A stretch of DNA of 40,889 bases from Elusimicrobiota bacterium. Its GTDB lineage: Bacteria; Elusimicrobiota; UBA8919. The stretch lies in contig JBDRIG010000050.1 of the NCBI GenBank assembly GCA_043816185.1, positions 1 through 40,889 of the forward strand. The letters are read 5' to 3'. The notes beneath the pieces were generated by a model. That model saw nothing but the letters and a program-made list of their open reading frames with translations. It was not told where the DNA came from and searched no databases. Below are positions 9,113 through 19,568 of this stretch, piece after piece; the stretch's first letter is position 1; every line of letters begins with the position of its first letter. Made by a program: the position numbers and the translations under genes.

Positions 9113-9164
9113 GAGGTTATGTCGCAATAGCAAAACCCAAAAATACCTATTTTCACACAGTCTG
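9113..9164. mobile_element. Degenerate mini-MITE of the AGACTGTGTCGCAA TIR family
   Basis: Ends AGGTTATGTCGCAA and TTTCACACAGTCT resemble the TIRs of the 22903-23017 element. Confidence 0.45.
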
Positions 9165-9165
9165 A

Positions 9166-10008
9166 TTATCTATCTCTTAATTTTTTGTTCTGTTGTTTCG
9201 ACAGATAATTTTCGGAAGTGACAACACTGCGGCTGGTTTCCTGTTCCAGTTTTTTTCGCGCTACTCCCGCAACATTGCCACCACGGCAGGAGACATTCCG
9301 GTTTTCTTCAAAGCCGCTTGGATGTTCCACTTTGGTAATCTGCGTTGTGGATGCTTCACCGAGCATAGAAAAGATGAGTTCAAGGTCAGTCATATGGTCC
9401 CTGAGGTTCTGTCTTTCCAAGCCTTTGAGTTTTTTGTATTGGCTTGGTGTTAAGCCAAAAGCGGCTTTGGATATCTCCGCAGTCAGGATTTCGTATTCTT
9501 TGTTTTTTTCAACACCGTGTTTTTTCCATTCGTCTGTAAGTTCTTCTCGGATGGCAATCCCACGCATTCGTTTTTCAATCCATTCATCGCTGTACCCTTT
9601 TGCCTTGTATATTGCACGCGTCCTCTTGGTTGCCAATTCTGGGTCTTCAATCTCCTGAATCCGTTCATAACCAACCTTTGCCAGCCAGCGTTTAAACGGC
9701 TCAGCTTTTGGGGAGGGAATGGATTGAATTATGCGGAATATTCCTTCCGTATTAGCGCAATCGGTTTCTCGCATTTTTCCATCTGGAGCGGGTAATTTCA
9801 ACCCGTGACAAAATGTCACGACTTCACTTCCTTCCTCTTGAAGCCTTTGTTTCAACTTTCTCCAGTACGCCCCAGCATCAACGCTATCTGTTAATACCGC
9901 GCACACATCCACAACAGAAAACCACCACTCGTTTTTGTGAATGGTTTTTCGTATCTCCTTGTTTCTAAAAACCGCTATTTTTGTTGAAGAAATCAATTCA
10001 TTTCCCAT
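9166..10008 (-). CDS. BRO-N domain (phage antirepressor-like) DNA-binding protein
   Basis: EWWFSVVDV, YWRKLKQRL, RIIQSIPSPKAEPFKRWLA, NLRDHMTDLELIF; AGGAGG RBS; visibly GC-richer than its neighbours. Confidence 0.9.
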   Translation of the reverse strand: MGNELISSTKIAVFRNKEIRKTIHKNEWWFSVVDVCAVLTDSVDAGAYWRKLKQRLQEEGSEVVTFCHGLKLPAPDGKMRETDCANTEGIFRIIQSIPSPKAEPFKRWLAKVGYERIQEIEDPELATKRTRAIYKAKGYSDEWIEKRMRGIAIREELTDEWKKHGVEKNKEYEILTAEISKAAFGLTPSQYKKLKGLERQNLRDHMTDLELIFSMLGEASTTQITKVEHPSGFEENRNVSCRGGNVAGVARKKLEQETSRSVVTSENYLSKQQNKKLRDR

Positions 10009-10075
10009 ATCAATCCCTCCTGAAACTTAAATTTTCGCTCTTCGCCCAAGCATCTTTAAATTCAATGTGTTAGTG

Positions 10076-10185
10076 AGACTGTGTTACAACTCCACTTTTG
10101 GTCATTGCGAGAAGCGAATGAAATGAGCGACGAAGCAATCTCGTAACATCAACACAGAGATTGCCATGGGCTTCGCCCTCGCAAT
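10076..10185. repeat. REP-like GTCATTGCGAG element preceded by a lone MITE-like TIR
   Basis: GTCATTGCGAG(10101)...GCAATCTC...GAGATTGC...CTCGCAAT(10185) nested inverted repeats; AGACTGTGTTACAA at 10076. Confidence 0.75.
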
Positions 10186-10328
10186 AGATTCGCCTGCGAC
10201 GAAGAATATATAAACATTTAATAGAAATAGAGCGTGGTTTAGGATTCACTGAAAAACTAAATTTTTGAAATTTTTATGTTAATATCTAGTTTATCCTACT
10301 ACCATTTTTATCCTATTTTGTTATTACT

Positions 10329-10994
10329 TTATGCTTTTCTAACGGCTTTAACAAAGGCAATCATTTTGTCGTAGTCCTTACGAGTAGGTGTGCGTTCGAT
10401 TCCTGAGCAAACATCGACGGCAAAAGATTCAACTTTTTCTATTGCTTGTAATATGTTTTCCGATGTCAGCCCACCTGACAAAAATATAGGTTTCATTAAT
10501 TTCTTGATTTCAACAGCAATATTCCAATTGAATGTTTGCCCAGTGCCACCTAATAAATCCTCAACGAAAGTATCAAGCAGAAAATAATCTACGTCATTAT
10601 AATTAGAAATTTGCTCTATTTGGAAATCACTACCAATCCTGAACGCTTTTATTATTTGTGGTTTACCTCCCCATAGAGTATTTGCGGGAACAGAACTTGA
10701 AATTTTTTCTTTGAGTTGAGCACAGTACTCCTGTGTTTCATTTCCATGAAGTTGAACAGCATTAAGCCCTACCTTTTTTATAATTTTTAGTATGTTATCG
10801 ATGTCTTCGTTTACAAAAACACCAACAGATTTTACAAATTCTGGCAGCGATGTAACTATCTTTTTAGCCATACCAACAGAAATTTTACGTGGACTATTTT
10901 TATAAAAGTTAACACCAATGAAATCAACTCCTGCATTCGCAGCCCACAAAGCATCTTTTTCGTTTGTAATCCCACAAATTTTTATTTTTGTCAT
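10329..10994 (-). CDS. trpF: Phosphoribosylanthranilate isomerase
   Basis: KIKICGIT, VQLHGNE, GGTGQTFNW, LSGGL; start moved to MTKIKICG. Confidence 0.95.
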   Translation of the reverse strand: MTKIKICGITNEKDALWAANAGVDFIGVNFYKNSPRKISVGMAKKIVTSLPEFVKSVGVFVNEDIDNILKIIKKVGLNAVQLHGNETQEYCAQLKEKISSSVPANTLWGGKPQIIKAFRIGSDFQIEQISNYNDVDYFLLDTFVEDLLGGTGQTFNWNIAVEIKKLMKPIFLSGGLTSENILQAIEKVESFAVDVCSGIERTPTRKDYDKMIAFVKAVRKA

Positions 10995-11010
10995 CAAGTT
11001 TACCCCCGCC

Positions 11011-11787
11011 TCACGCAAAGAGTTTTGCAACTGCTTTTTTTATATTTTGCGATCTCATAAAATATTCACCGATAAGCACAGCATTTACTTCAATATTTTT
11101 TAATTTTTCAATATCCTGTCTTGTTTTTATTCCACTTTCTGAAATAACTACTTTACCATCGGGAATTTTTTCTTTAAGTTTCAGTGTAGTATTTATATCA
11201 ACTGTTAATGTGAAAAGATTCCTGTTATTTATTCCAATAATTTCAGCACCAGTTTTAAGAACAGCTTTTAATTCATCGTCGTTATGAACTTCAACTATTG
11301 CCGAAAGAGTCAACTCACTCGCTAATCTATAAAATTTTTTTATTTTTTCAACATCCAATATTGCAGCAATAAGAAGAACTGCGTCTGCACCAAAATATCT
11401 TGATTCATAAATCTGATATTCATCTATTATAAAATCCTTTCTTAAAATTGGAATCGATGATGCCTGTTTTACGAGATTAATATAAGAAATGTCTCCATGA
11501 AAATATTTTGTTTCTGTCAAAACAGAAATAGCATCAGCATCTGCTTCTTCATATTGTTTTGCAATTTTTTCAACATTAAGATTTTTAACGATTTCACCTG
11601 CGGATGGTGATGCTTTTTTTATTTCTGCAATTAGATTTATATGGTTTAATTTAGAAATTGCCAACTTAAAATCGCGCGGTGGTGGCATTTTTTCTACGTA
11701 AGATTTGATTTTTCCAATAGGTAACTGCGTTTTTCGATAGGCGAGTTCTAATTTTTTGTATTCAACGATTTTATTAAGTATATTCAT
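11011..11787 (-). CDS. trpC: Indole-3-glycerol phosphate synthase
   Basis: [31 protein letters not shown]; ATG overlaps the trpD stop (ATGA). Confidence 0.96.
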   Translation of the reverse strand: MNILNKIVEYKKLELAYRKTQLPIGKIKSYVEKMPPPRDFKLAISKLNHINLIAEIKKASPSAGEIVKNLNVEKIAKQYEEADADAISVLTETKYFHGDISYINLVKQASSIPILRKDFIIDEYQIYESRYFGADAVLLIAAILDVEKIKKFYRLASELTLSAIVEVHNDDELKAVLKTGAEIIGINNRNLFTLTVDINTTLKLKEKIPDGKVVISESGIKTRQDIEKLKNIEVNAVLIGEYFMRSQNIKKAVAKLFA

Positions 11788-12839
11788 TGTTCCACACAAA
11801 ATTTCTTTAGTTGTTCTAATTTTTTAAGTGCCTTGCCAAGATCAATCGATCTCTCTGCAAGTTTAATCCCGTCAATTAAATTCTCTGATTTTCCTGCTGC
11901 TGTTAACGCCGCTGCAGCGTTTATTAAAATGATATCTCGTTTCGGACCCTTAAGTCCTGTGAATATATCCAAAATTATTTTTGCATTTTCTTTTGCATCA
12001 CCACCAGCGATGTCTTCAATTTTTGCTCTCTTAATTTTGAAATCTTCGGGTTTTATTGTGTATGTTTTTACCACATCGTTTTTTAATTCTGATATCTGGG
12101 TCTTACCAGTTATAGAAATTTCGTCAATTGCATCAATACCGTGTACTACAAATGCACTTTTTGACCCAAGATTTTTGAGCACAAATGCTAAAATTTCAGT
12201 TAAACTCTGAGAGTAAACACCCAAAACTTGTACATTTGCGCCCGCTGGATTTGTTAGTGGACCTAATATATTAAAAATCGTTCTAATGCCGATTTGTCTT
12301 CTCGGTCCAATTGCATACTTCATTGCAGAATGCAAAAGTGGTGCATACAAAAAACCAATTCCGATTTTGTTGATACATTCTTCGACTTTTTCCGACGGTA
12401 ATTCAAGATTTATTCCCAATTCTTCAAGAACATCTGCACTGCCGCATTTTGATGAAACGGCACGATTTCCGTGTTTTGCTACTACCACTCCTGCCCCAGC
12501 AACCACAAAAGCCGTCGCAGTTGAAACATTAAAAGTTTTCGCTTTGTCACCACCAGTCCCGCAGGTATCAACGATCGTTTCCCAATCAATATTTGTTTCA
12601 TCTCTCTCAGCGTCAGCTACATGTTTTTTTACAATTATTTTTGTAGCGTGTTCTTTCATCACTTTTGCACAACCAGTTATTTCATCTATCGTCTCACCCT
12701 TCATTCTTAAAGCAGTGATAAAAGATGCAATTTGCGGCTCTGTTGCTTTACCCGTCATAATTTCCGTCATAACATCGGTTGCTTCTTTTTCTGTTAGATT
12801 TTCTCTCTGAACAACTTTCGCAATCGCTTCTTTAATCAT
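11784..12839 (-). CDS. trpD: Anthranilate phosphoribosyltransferase
   Basis: [31 protein letters not shown]; start MIKEA behind AGGAG. Confidence 0.96.
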   Translation of the reverse strand: MIKEAIAKVVQRENLTEKEATDVMTEIMTGKATEPQIASFITALRMKGETIDEITGCAKVMKEHATKIIVKKHVADAERDETNIDWETIVDTCGTGGDKAKTFNVSTATAFVVAGAGVVVAKHGNRAVSSKCGSADVLEELGINLELPSEKVEECINKIGIGFLYAPLLHSAMKYAIGPRRQIGIRTIFNILGPLTNPAGANVQVLGVYSQSLTEILAFVLKNLGSKSAFVVHGIDAIDEISITGKTQISELKNDVVKTYTIKPEDFKIKRAKIEDIAGGDAKENAKIILDIFTGLKGPKRDIILINAAAALTAAGKSENLIDGIKLAERSIDLGKALKKLEQLKKFCVEQ

Positions 12840-12859
12840 AAATTTCTCTCCTAACAACT

Positions 12860-13210
12860 TTAATGATATAAAAAACCCGTAATAAAGAATACGATAAAAG
12901 CAACAATAAATATGATTACTGAATTTTGTAAGAAGGAAAGGATAATATATAAAATTACACTTGGTTTAGTCTTCCCACCTCTGAGAATAAATTTCTGAAG
13001 AAAAGAAGAATCAAGTTTAATCTCTTTACCTTCGCAATTCGCAATGTAATTTTGATAATGCTCTGATTTTAGTAGAATATTAGCAATAGCAATTATAATG
13101 GCCCCCACCAGTGATTGCCAACCCCATCCCGGACCAGCAAAAAGACCAATACCCAAGCCAGTGCCTATACAAAGAAAAAATTCTGTTCCTGAACTCATTA
13201 TTTTTATCAT
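12860..13210 (-). CDS. Hypothetical membrane protein inside the trp operon
   Basis: 116-aa ORF with about three hydrophobic segments; ATG overlaps the TGA of the duplicated trpG tail. Confidence 0.6.
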   Translation of the reverse strand: MIKIMSSGTEFFLCIGTGLGIGLFAGPGWGWQSLVGAIIIAIANILLKSEHYQNYIANCEGKEIKLDSSFLQKFILRGGKTKPSVILYIILSFLQNSVIIFIVAFIVFFITGFLYH

Positions 13211-13256
13211 TTTTGGTTTAACTCCAAAAAGTTTTTTAATAATTTTTTGCCGGGTT
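13206..13256 (-). repeat. Duplicate of the trpG 3' end (direct repeat of 14203-14253)
   Basis: 46/51 identical; reads [15 protein letters not shown] against [15 protein letters not shown] in trpG. Confidence 0.92.
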
Positions 13257-13259
13257 ATT

Positions 13260-14207
13260 TCACTCCATATTTGTAATACCTATACTTTCATTCCACCATT
13301 TTTCAAACGGCGGTTTATTCGGAGTTTTCTTTATCTCGCTATATTGCCCTCTTGCTAATGTGTCCGTTGACGGCACATTAAAACAAGAACCAGCAGAGAT
13401 TAACCATCTGTCGTGAATAACCGACTTAATTTTGTTATCAGATATTACCCTTAATTCACATTTTACATTATTATTTTGGAACTCCTGCTTAAAATCTCTG
13501 AATGAACTTTTTAATTTATCGTCAACTTTGTCATCGGACATCAAAATTTTTATAACTTTTACTTTTTCAATGTCCACCGAATCGGCTAATAATTCCAGTC
13601 CAATCTTTGAAAAATATTTATCAACCCAATAAATGTGTTTTCTGCAAGACCTTATAATATCCTTAAAGTTTTTCTTGTTCGTGAACGGCTTTTCAGGAGA
13701 AATCAATATTGCTTCGGGTGTTGCCGACGGAATGAAATGTATTGCCCTAAATATCGTTTTGATTTTCTTGTCATGCTTTTCAACTTTTTGCTCAATCGCA
13801 TCTATTCTGTTAGTGAATTTTTTATTGGCGGAAACTATTCTTCTTACATTCACAAATACGCGTATAATGCCGATATTTACCTGAATTGCTCTGGGACTGT
13901 TCAATACGCTTGACAACATTGCAACACCATGCTCTGTAAAGGCGTAAGGATTGGCACGACGTAACCCACCCCAACTTGAAATCACAAATTGTGATTTCAA
14001 GTTTTTGAACTCTTCATTACTCAATTGAAACATAAAATCATCGGGAAATCGTTCTATATTTCTCTTTACAGCCTGAACCAATACGCGTGGCTCTACTCCA
14101 TAAAGTTTTGCCAAATCAACACTTATTATTACTTTTTGCCCTCTGATTAAAAATATTTTATTTTCTATCTGCGACGATGGAACACTTATAATTATATTTT
14201 TCATCAT
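13260..14207 (-). CDS. ORF6N-domain DNA-binding protein with C-terminal PLD-like domain (copy 1)
   Basis: [50 protein letters not shown]; C-terminal [14 protein letters not shown]; start moved to ATG 14207 overlapping the trpG stop. Confidence 0.9.
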   Translation of the reverse strand: MMKNIIISVPSSQIENKIFLIRGQKVIISVDLAKLYGVEPRVLVQAVKRNIERFPDDFMFQLSNEEFKNLKSQFVISSWGGLRRANPYAFTEHGVAMLSSVLNSPRAIQVNIGIIRVFVNVRRIVSANKKFTNRIDAIEQKVEKHDKKIKTIFRAIHFIPSATPEAILISPEKPFTNKKNFKDIIRSCRKHIYWVDKYFSKIGLELLADSVDIEKVKVIKILMSDDKVDDKLKSSFRDFKQEFQNNNVKCELRVISDNKIKSVIHDRWLISAGSCFNVPSTDTLARGQYSEIKKTPNKPPFEKWWNESIGITNME

Positions 14208-14803
14208 TTTTTGTTTAACTCCAAAAAATTTTTCAATATTTTTTTGCCTGGTTTTGTTAAAATTGACTCTGGATGAAATTGAATGCCTTCTACGCAACAG
14301 TTGAGAGTTGGAAACTGAGAGTTGAGAGTTTTAAGTCGAAATCCCATGATTTCGTTTTCTTTTGTCAGTGCGGAAATTTCAAAACATTTTGGGAGTGATT
14401 TTTTTTCAACCACAAGAGAATGGTATCTGGTTGCATCAAATGGATTTGGAAGTCCATTGAATATTGTTTTATTATCATGATAAATCATAGATGTTTTTCC
14501 GTGCATAAGTTTTTTTGCATGAATTATTTTTCCACCAAACGCAGCACCTATTGACTGATGACCAAGACATACGCCAAGAATTGGAATTTTTCCAGCAAAA
14601 TGTTTTGCGACTTCTACAGAAATACCCGCTTCTTTTGGAGTACAAGGACCCGGTGAAATTACAATGTGCGATGGCTTAAATTTTTCTATTTCTGAAATTG
14701 TAATTTTATTATTCCGAAAAACTTTTATATTCGGATTTAACTCGCCGAGATACTGAACCAAATTATAAACAAACGAATCGTAATTATCAATAACAAGAAT
14801 CAT
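14204..14803 (-). CDS. trpG: Anthranilate synthase component II (glutamine amidotransferase)
   Basis: [32 protein letters not shown]. Confidence 0.96.
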   Translation of the reverse strand: MILVIDNYDSFVYNLVQYLGELNPNIKVFRNNKITISEIEKFKPSHIVISPGPCTPKEAGISVEVAKHFAGKIPILGVCLGHQSIGAAFGGKIIHAKKLMHGKTSMIYHDNKTIFNGLPNPFDATRYHSLVVEKKSLPKCFEISALTKENEIMGFRLKTLNSQFPTLNCCVEGIQFHPESILTKPGKKILKNFLELNKK

Positions 14804-14826
14804 ATTTTCGCTCCGTATCTGTGTTT

Positions 14827-16302
14827 CTACAAGCCAGAAACAACTTTATTCGCGGCCATTTCTATCGCTTTAAGAGTACCTTTTGCCTTATTAAGTGTTT
14901 CTTCATATTCTTTTTCAGGAACAGAATCTGCAACAATTCCAGCTCCCGCCTGAATATATGCTTTTTTTCCTTTCATAATTATTGTTCTAATATTTATTGC
15001 AAAATCCATATTACCGTTAAAATCAAAATATCCAACAGCACCAGCGTAAAGCCCTCTTCCTGTCGGTTCAAGTTCTTCAATTATTTCCATCGCTCTGATT
15101 TTAGGTGCACCCGTTACCGTCCCAGCTGGAAATGTTGCTTTTAATAAGTCAAAAGCGTTCGCATCTATTTTTAATTTGCCTATAACATCGGATACCAAAT
15201 GCATAACATGTGAATATTTTTCTACTGCCATAAACTTTGTAAGTTTTACACTGTTGAATTGACAAACCCGTCCGAGATCGTTTCTCCCCAAATCAACAAG
15301 CATCAAGTGTTCTGCTTTTTCTTTTTCGTCATTCAAAAGTTCTTTTTCAAGTTTTTTATCTTCCGTCTCGTTTTTCCCTCGTGGTCTGGTTCCCGCTATG
15401 GGTCTTACATTAGCAATATTGTTTTCGAGACGCACAAGAATTTCTGGTGAAGCACCAATAATCTTCATATTTTTGAGATTGAAATAATACATATAAGGCG
15501 AAGGATTTAAAATACGAAGTGCCTTGTAAATTTCAAATGGTTCACCTGAAAACACTGTTTCGAGTCGTTGTGATATAACTGCTTGGATAATATCACCGTC
15601 TTTAATGTATTTTTTCGCCCTTTCTACTGCTTTTAAAAAATTTTCTTTTTTGATATTTGATTTAATTTTTCCCGATTTAGCACGAACAGTCTTTGCTAAA
15701 ATTGGTTCCGAAAGTTTTTTTGTAATTTCGTTAATTTCGGAACAGGCGATTTTATAATTGATTTTTTCTGACGGTTTCACGAGACGAATAATTTTAATTT
15801 TTTGTTTCAAATGATCAAAAACAACAATAATCTTTGGAAAAATAAAATATAATTCAGGAAGAGATAGTCCTTGTTTGTTTAGATCGGGAATTTTTTCTAT
15901 ATTTCTGATGTAATCATATGCAATGTATCCGATAGCACCACCAGAAAGACGAGGTAACGCTTTGTCATGTAAAATTTTATTTTTCGACAGAATGGATTTA
16001 AGATATTCGAGCGGGTCATCTACTTTTACGATTTTTTTTTTCAGTAGTGGATTTGTCGAACTTATTTTTACAAATTTATTTTTACTCTCGAAAATTGTGG
16101 AAGGCGATAAAACTAAAAAAGAATACCTTGCGAATTTTTTTTTACCCTCAATGCTTTCAAGTAAATAAGATGGAGCGTTTGCTCCTAATTTCAAATAAGC
16201 AAAAATTGGTGTAATACCAATGGCAGAAATTTCTTTCCAAAGTTGTACAGTATAATCATCTTCAATAAGTTCTTTAAATTTTTTTGCAGTTGGATAAAAC
16301 AT
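14827..16302 (-). CDS. trpE: Anthranilate synthase component I
   Basis: [47 protein letters not shown]. Confidence 0.95.
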   Translation of the reverse strand: MFYPTAKKFKELIEDDYTVQLWKEISAIGITPIFAYLKLGANAPSYLLESIEGKKKFARYSFLVLSPSTIFESKNKFVKISSTNPLLKKKIVKVDDPLEYLKSILSKNKILHDKALPRLSGGAIGYIAYDYIRNIEKIPDLNKQGLSLPELYFIFPKIIVVFDHLKQKIKIIRLVKPSEKINYKIACSEINEITKKLSEPILAKTVRAKSGKIKSNIKKENFLKAVERAKKYIKDGDIIQAVISQRLETVFSGEPFEIYKALRILNPSPYMYYFNLKNMKIIGASPEILVRLENNIANVRPIAGTRPRGKNETEDKKLEKELLNDEKEKAEHLMLVDLGRNDLGRVCQFNSVKLTKFMAVEKYSHVMHLVSDVIGKLKIDANAFDLLKATFPAGTVTGAPKIRAMEIIEELEPTGRGLYAGAVGYFDFNGNMDFAINIRTIIMKGKKAYIQAGAGIVADSVPEKEYEETLNKAKGTLKAIEMAANKVVSGL

Positions 16303-16401
16303 AATAAATTTGATTGCAACGACAATGTCTAAACGATAACGTCCATAATATCAGCAATACATCGCTATTACTTGCTGTTTATTGTTGTAATCTATCTTTT
16401 G

Positions 16402-16908
16402 TTAAAATTTAATAATTTTTCCTTTTATAAAATTTTTGTGGACAAAATAAACATTCTCGCCTGTTTTAGAATCAATCCAATCACGTGAATCGTTTGACTC
16501 ATCACGATTATCGCCGAGGACAAAAAAACAATTTTGTGGAATTTTTAGTTTAGTAATCTTATCGCCTTTAAGTACATCATCTGGACGAGTATATTGTACA
16601 TATGTTTCTGTAAGCCTCTGTTCGTTGACAAAAACATCCTTGTTCTCTATACTTATTGTGTCACCATCTACAGCAATAACTCTTTTTATAAAATCTTTTT
16701 TATCTGCTACTGACGATTTAAAAACTATAATTTCATTTCTTCGCGGTAATCTAAAATTATATGTTATTTTGTCAACAAAAAAATGATCATTCTTTTGTAA
16801 CGTCGGAAGCATTGAGTCAGAAGCAATATAAATGCCTTCAAATACAAAGGTTCTTAAAGTTAGTGCAACAAACACGGCGATAAAAATAAGCCACAAAATT
16901 CGTTTCAT
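16402..16908 (-). CDS. lepB: Signal peptidase I
   Basis: N-terminal TM, SDSMLPTL, FIKRVI, GDNRDESNDSR. Confidence 0.93.
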   Translation of the reverse strand: MKRILWLIFIAVFVALTLRTFVFEGIYIASDSMLPTLQKNDHFFVDKITYNFRLPRRNEIIVFKSSVADKKDFIKRVIAVDGDTISIENKDVFVNEQRLTETYVQYTRPDDVLKGDKITKLKIPQNCFFVLGDNRDESNDSRDWIDSKTGENVYFVHKNFIKGKIIKF

Positions 16909-17041
16909 AAATACTAAACAGAATCACAGAGTTTTTCTCCGTTGATACGATGATACATTTACACAATAGTATGATTTTCAAGGATATTATTTCACAATCA
17001 TATCATCGCCTTTTACATTTTTTCTGCACGCTCTGTAATTT

Positions 17042-17410
17042 TTATTTTTTATAGACCTTTTTTGGATCAAATACTCTTTTTAAAACAATTTTTCCTTTCT
17101 CTGTTCGGTAAAAGCAAGAATTGTATCCGTTGTGACAAGCAGCTCCCTTTGGTTCAACAAGTATTAAAAGTGTATCTGCATCACAATCAACAAAAATTTT
17201 TTTAACATTTTGAATATTGCCAGATTCCTCGCCCTTCATCCAAAACTTTTTTCTACTTCGAGAATAAAACCATGTTTTTTTGGTTTTTATTGTTCGTCTT
17301 AAAGATTCCGCATTCATATATGCCAGCATAAGAATGTCTTTTGTTTTTATGTCCTGAATTACTGCTGGGATTAAACCGTTTTCGTCAAATTTTAATTTCA
17401 CCTTTAACAT
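17042..17410 (-). CDS. hisI: Phosphoribosyl-AMP cyclohydrolase (monofunctional)
   Basis: [33 protein letters not shown]. Confidence 0.95.
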   Translation of the reverse strand: MLKVKLKFDENGLIPAVIQDIKTKDILMLAYMNAESLRRTIKTKKTWFYSRSRKKFWMKGEESGNIQNVKKIFVDCDADTLLILVEPKGAACHNGYNSCFYRTEKGKIVLKRVFDPKKVYKK

Positions 17411-18171
17411 AATCTTGTTTCAACTCCTTTTTTTGAGAGATAATTTTTTAATTTTTTTATTGATAATTCTCTGTAATGAAAAAGCGATGCAGCAAGTGCC
17501 GCATCTGCCTTGCCTTCTTCAAATGCTTTGTAAAAATGCTCTGTCGTCCCTGCACCACCTGATGCGATTATAGGAATTTTAACCACTTCGGAAATCGCTC
17601 TGGTTAATTCAATATCATAACCACTCTTTGTTCCATCTTTATCCATACTTGTCAAAAGGATTTCTCCTGCACCAAGTTCTTCAATTTTTTTTGCCCACTC
17701 GACCGCATCAAGCCCTGTAGATTTCCTCCCGCCATAAGTATAAACTTCCCATTTTTTTGTATGATTGTGCGATTGCTTGGCATCAATAGCGATAACAATA
17801 CATTGACTTCCAAATTTTTCCGCTGCCAATTTTACAAATTCTGGATTTTCGACTGCTGAGGTATTTATTGAAATCTTGTCGGCACCTGCTTTAAGCATCT
17901 GTCGTATATCGTCTAAATTTCTAATGCCACCTCCGACGGTCAAAGGTATAAAAACGCATTCAGCAGTTTTTTTTACAACATCAATTATCGTTTTTCTTTT
18001 TTCAAACGAAGCAGTTATATCAAGAAAAATAATCTCATCGGCACCTTCTGCGTCGTATCTTTTTGCAACCTCAACAGGGTCACCAGCATCGCGAAGATTT
18101 AAAAATTTTGTTCCTTTTACAACCCTTCCTTTATCAACATCTAAACAAGGTATTATTCTTTTTGTTAGCAT
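17404..18171 (-). CDS. hisF: Imidazole glycerol phosphate synthase cyclase subunit
   Basis: [29 protein letters not shown]. Confidence 0.97.
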   Translation of the reverse strand: MLTKRIIPCLDVDKGRVVKGTKFLNLRDAGDPVEVAKRYDAEGADEIIFLDITASFEKRKTIIDVVKKTAECVFIPLTVGGGIRNLDDIRQMLKAGADKISINTSAVENPEFVKLAAEKFGSQCIVIAIDAKQSHNHTKKWEVYTYGGRKSTGLDAVEWAKKIEELGAGEILLTSMDKDGTKSGYDIELTRAISEVVKIPIIASGGAGTTEHFYKAFEEGKADAALAASLFHYRELSIKKLKNYLSKKGVETRLC

Positions 18172-18881
18172 ATACTTATGGCGTCTTCCAATTTTATTGA
18201 GTTAGTATAAATCGCTTTACCAATAATCATTCCTATCACACCATATCTTTCAAGCGTTACTATTTTTTTTACATCTTCAATTGTAGAAACACCACCCGAT
18301 GCAATCACTGACAATCCACTTTGACAAAGTTTTTTTATACTATCGATATTAGGCCCTTCCATCATACCATCTTTTTCTATATCGGTTGCTATAATTTCTT
18401 TAATCCCAATATCTGCCATGTTTTTTGCAAATTCCAAAGCATCATATTTTGTCGTCTCTTTCCAACCATCAATTGCAACTTTTTCATCGGTAACATCTAT
18501 GGCAAGCATAATTTTGTCTTTATATTTTTTAACGGCTTCCTTTACTATCTCTGCATCAACAACAGCAACTGTCCCGAGAATTATTTTGTCAATTCCAATA
18601 TTCGCAATTTTTTCTATCGTCTCAATTTTTCTAATACCACCACCAAATTCTAATTCAATAGAAACGGTTTCTCTAATTTTTTTAAGCACTGTGAAGTTTT
18701 GTGGTGTTCCTGTAAAAGCACCATCCAAATCAATTATGTGAATCCGCTTGGCACCTTGTGATTGAAACATTTTTGCAACGAAAACAGGATCTTTTGAATA
18801 AATTGTTTCTGCTTCAAATTTACCCTGAGTAAGTCTTACACAGTTTCCGTTTCTAATATCAATTGCCGGTATAATCAACAT
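18165..18881 (-). CDS. hisA: ProFAR isomerase
   Basis: [35 protein letters not shown]. Confidence 0.96.
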   Translation of the reverse strand: MLIIPAIDIRNGNCVRLTQGKFEAETIYSKDPVFVAKMFQSQGAKRIHIIDLDGAFTGTPQNFTVLKKIRETVSIELEFGGGIRKIETIEKIANIGIDKIILGTVAVVDAEIVKEAVKKYKDKIMLAIDVTDEKVAIDGWKETTKYDALEFAKNMADIGIKEIIATDIEKDGMMEGPNIDSIKKLCQSGLSVIASGGVSTIEDVKKIVTLERYGVIGMIIGKAIYTNSIKLEDAISIC

Positions 18882-19500
18882 AATTTTTTAGAAGTTTAAG
18901 TCCGTTTTTCTGACTTTTTTCAGGATGAAATTGTGTAGCAAAAATATTTTTGTAAAAAACTGATGATGCAAATTTGATTCCATGCTCAGTAGTTGTTGCA
19001 ATTATTTTTTTGTCTTGTGGCTCAACATAATAGGAATGCACAAAATAAAAATAAGAATTATCTTTTATCTCTTTGAATATCTTGCATCTTGCATCTTGCA
19101 TCTTGCATTTAACATTATTCCACCCCATATGCGGAATTTTTAATAGTTGGGAGTTGGGAGTTGGGAGTTGGGAGAAATTAAATTTCTTCACTTTACCCTT
19201 AAGAATTCCAAACCCATTGCAATTTCCTTCTTCACTTCGCTCAAAAAGTAATTGTAATCCAAGGCATAATCCCAAAAACGGATTGCCACTATCAATCACT
19301 TTATATATCGTATCCACAAGATTCAGTTTTCCAAGATTTTTCATTGCTGCTGAAAATGAACCAACGCCTGGAAGTACAACCAACGACGAATCTAAAATTT
19401 TTTTTCTATCGTCCGTAATAATCGTTTTTTTGCCAATAAACTCAAACGCCTTCTGAACACTTCTTAAATTTCCCATCCCGTAGTCAATTATGGTTATCAT
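18859..19500 (-). CDS. hisH: Imidazole glycerol phosphate synthase glutaminase subunit
   Basis: IIDYGMGNL, LPGVG, GLCLGLQ, PHMGWN, YFVHSY, QFHPEKS. Confidence 0.96.
   Translation of the reverse strand: MITIIDYGMGNLRSVQKAFEFIGKKTIITDDRKKILDSSLVVLPGVGSFSAAMKNLGKLNLVDTIYKVIDSGNPFLGLCLGLQLLFERSEEGNCNGFGILKGKVKKFNFSQLPTPNSQLLKIPHMGWNNVKCKMQDARCKIFKEIKDNSYFYFVHSYYVEPQDKKIIATTTEHGIKFASSVFYKNIFATQFHPEKSQKNGLKLLKNYVDYTGN
19079..19174. repeat. Two heptamer arrays inside hisH: (ATCTTGC)x4 and (AGTTGGG)x4
   Basis: Perfect arrays at 19079-19106 and 19145-19172. Confidence 0.95.
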
Positions 19501-19568
19501 ATTTCGTATTCGTATACCAAATTAGAATTTTTCAAATCACATCATTTTTTGGAAAACGATATGCCATT

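Noticed and set aside
16303-16401. trp attenuator leader peptide or T-box
   Set aside because: Short minus-strand ORFs have no Trp codons and no T-box consensus is visible
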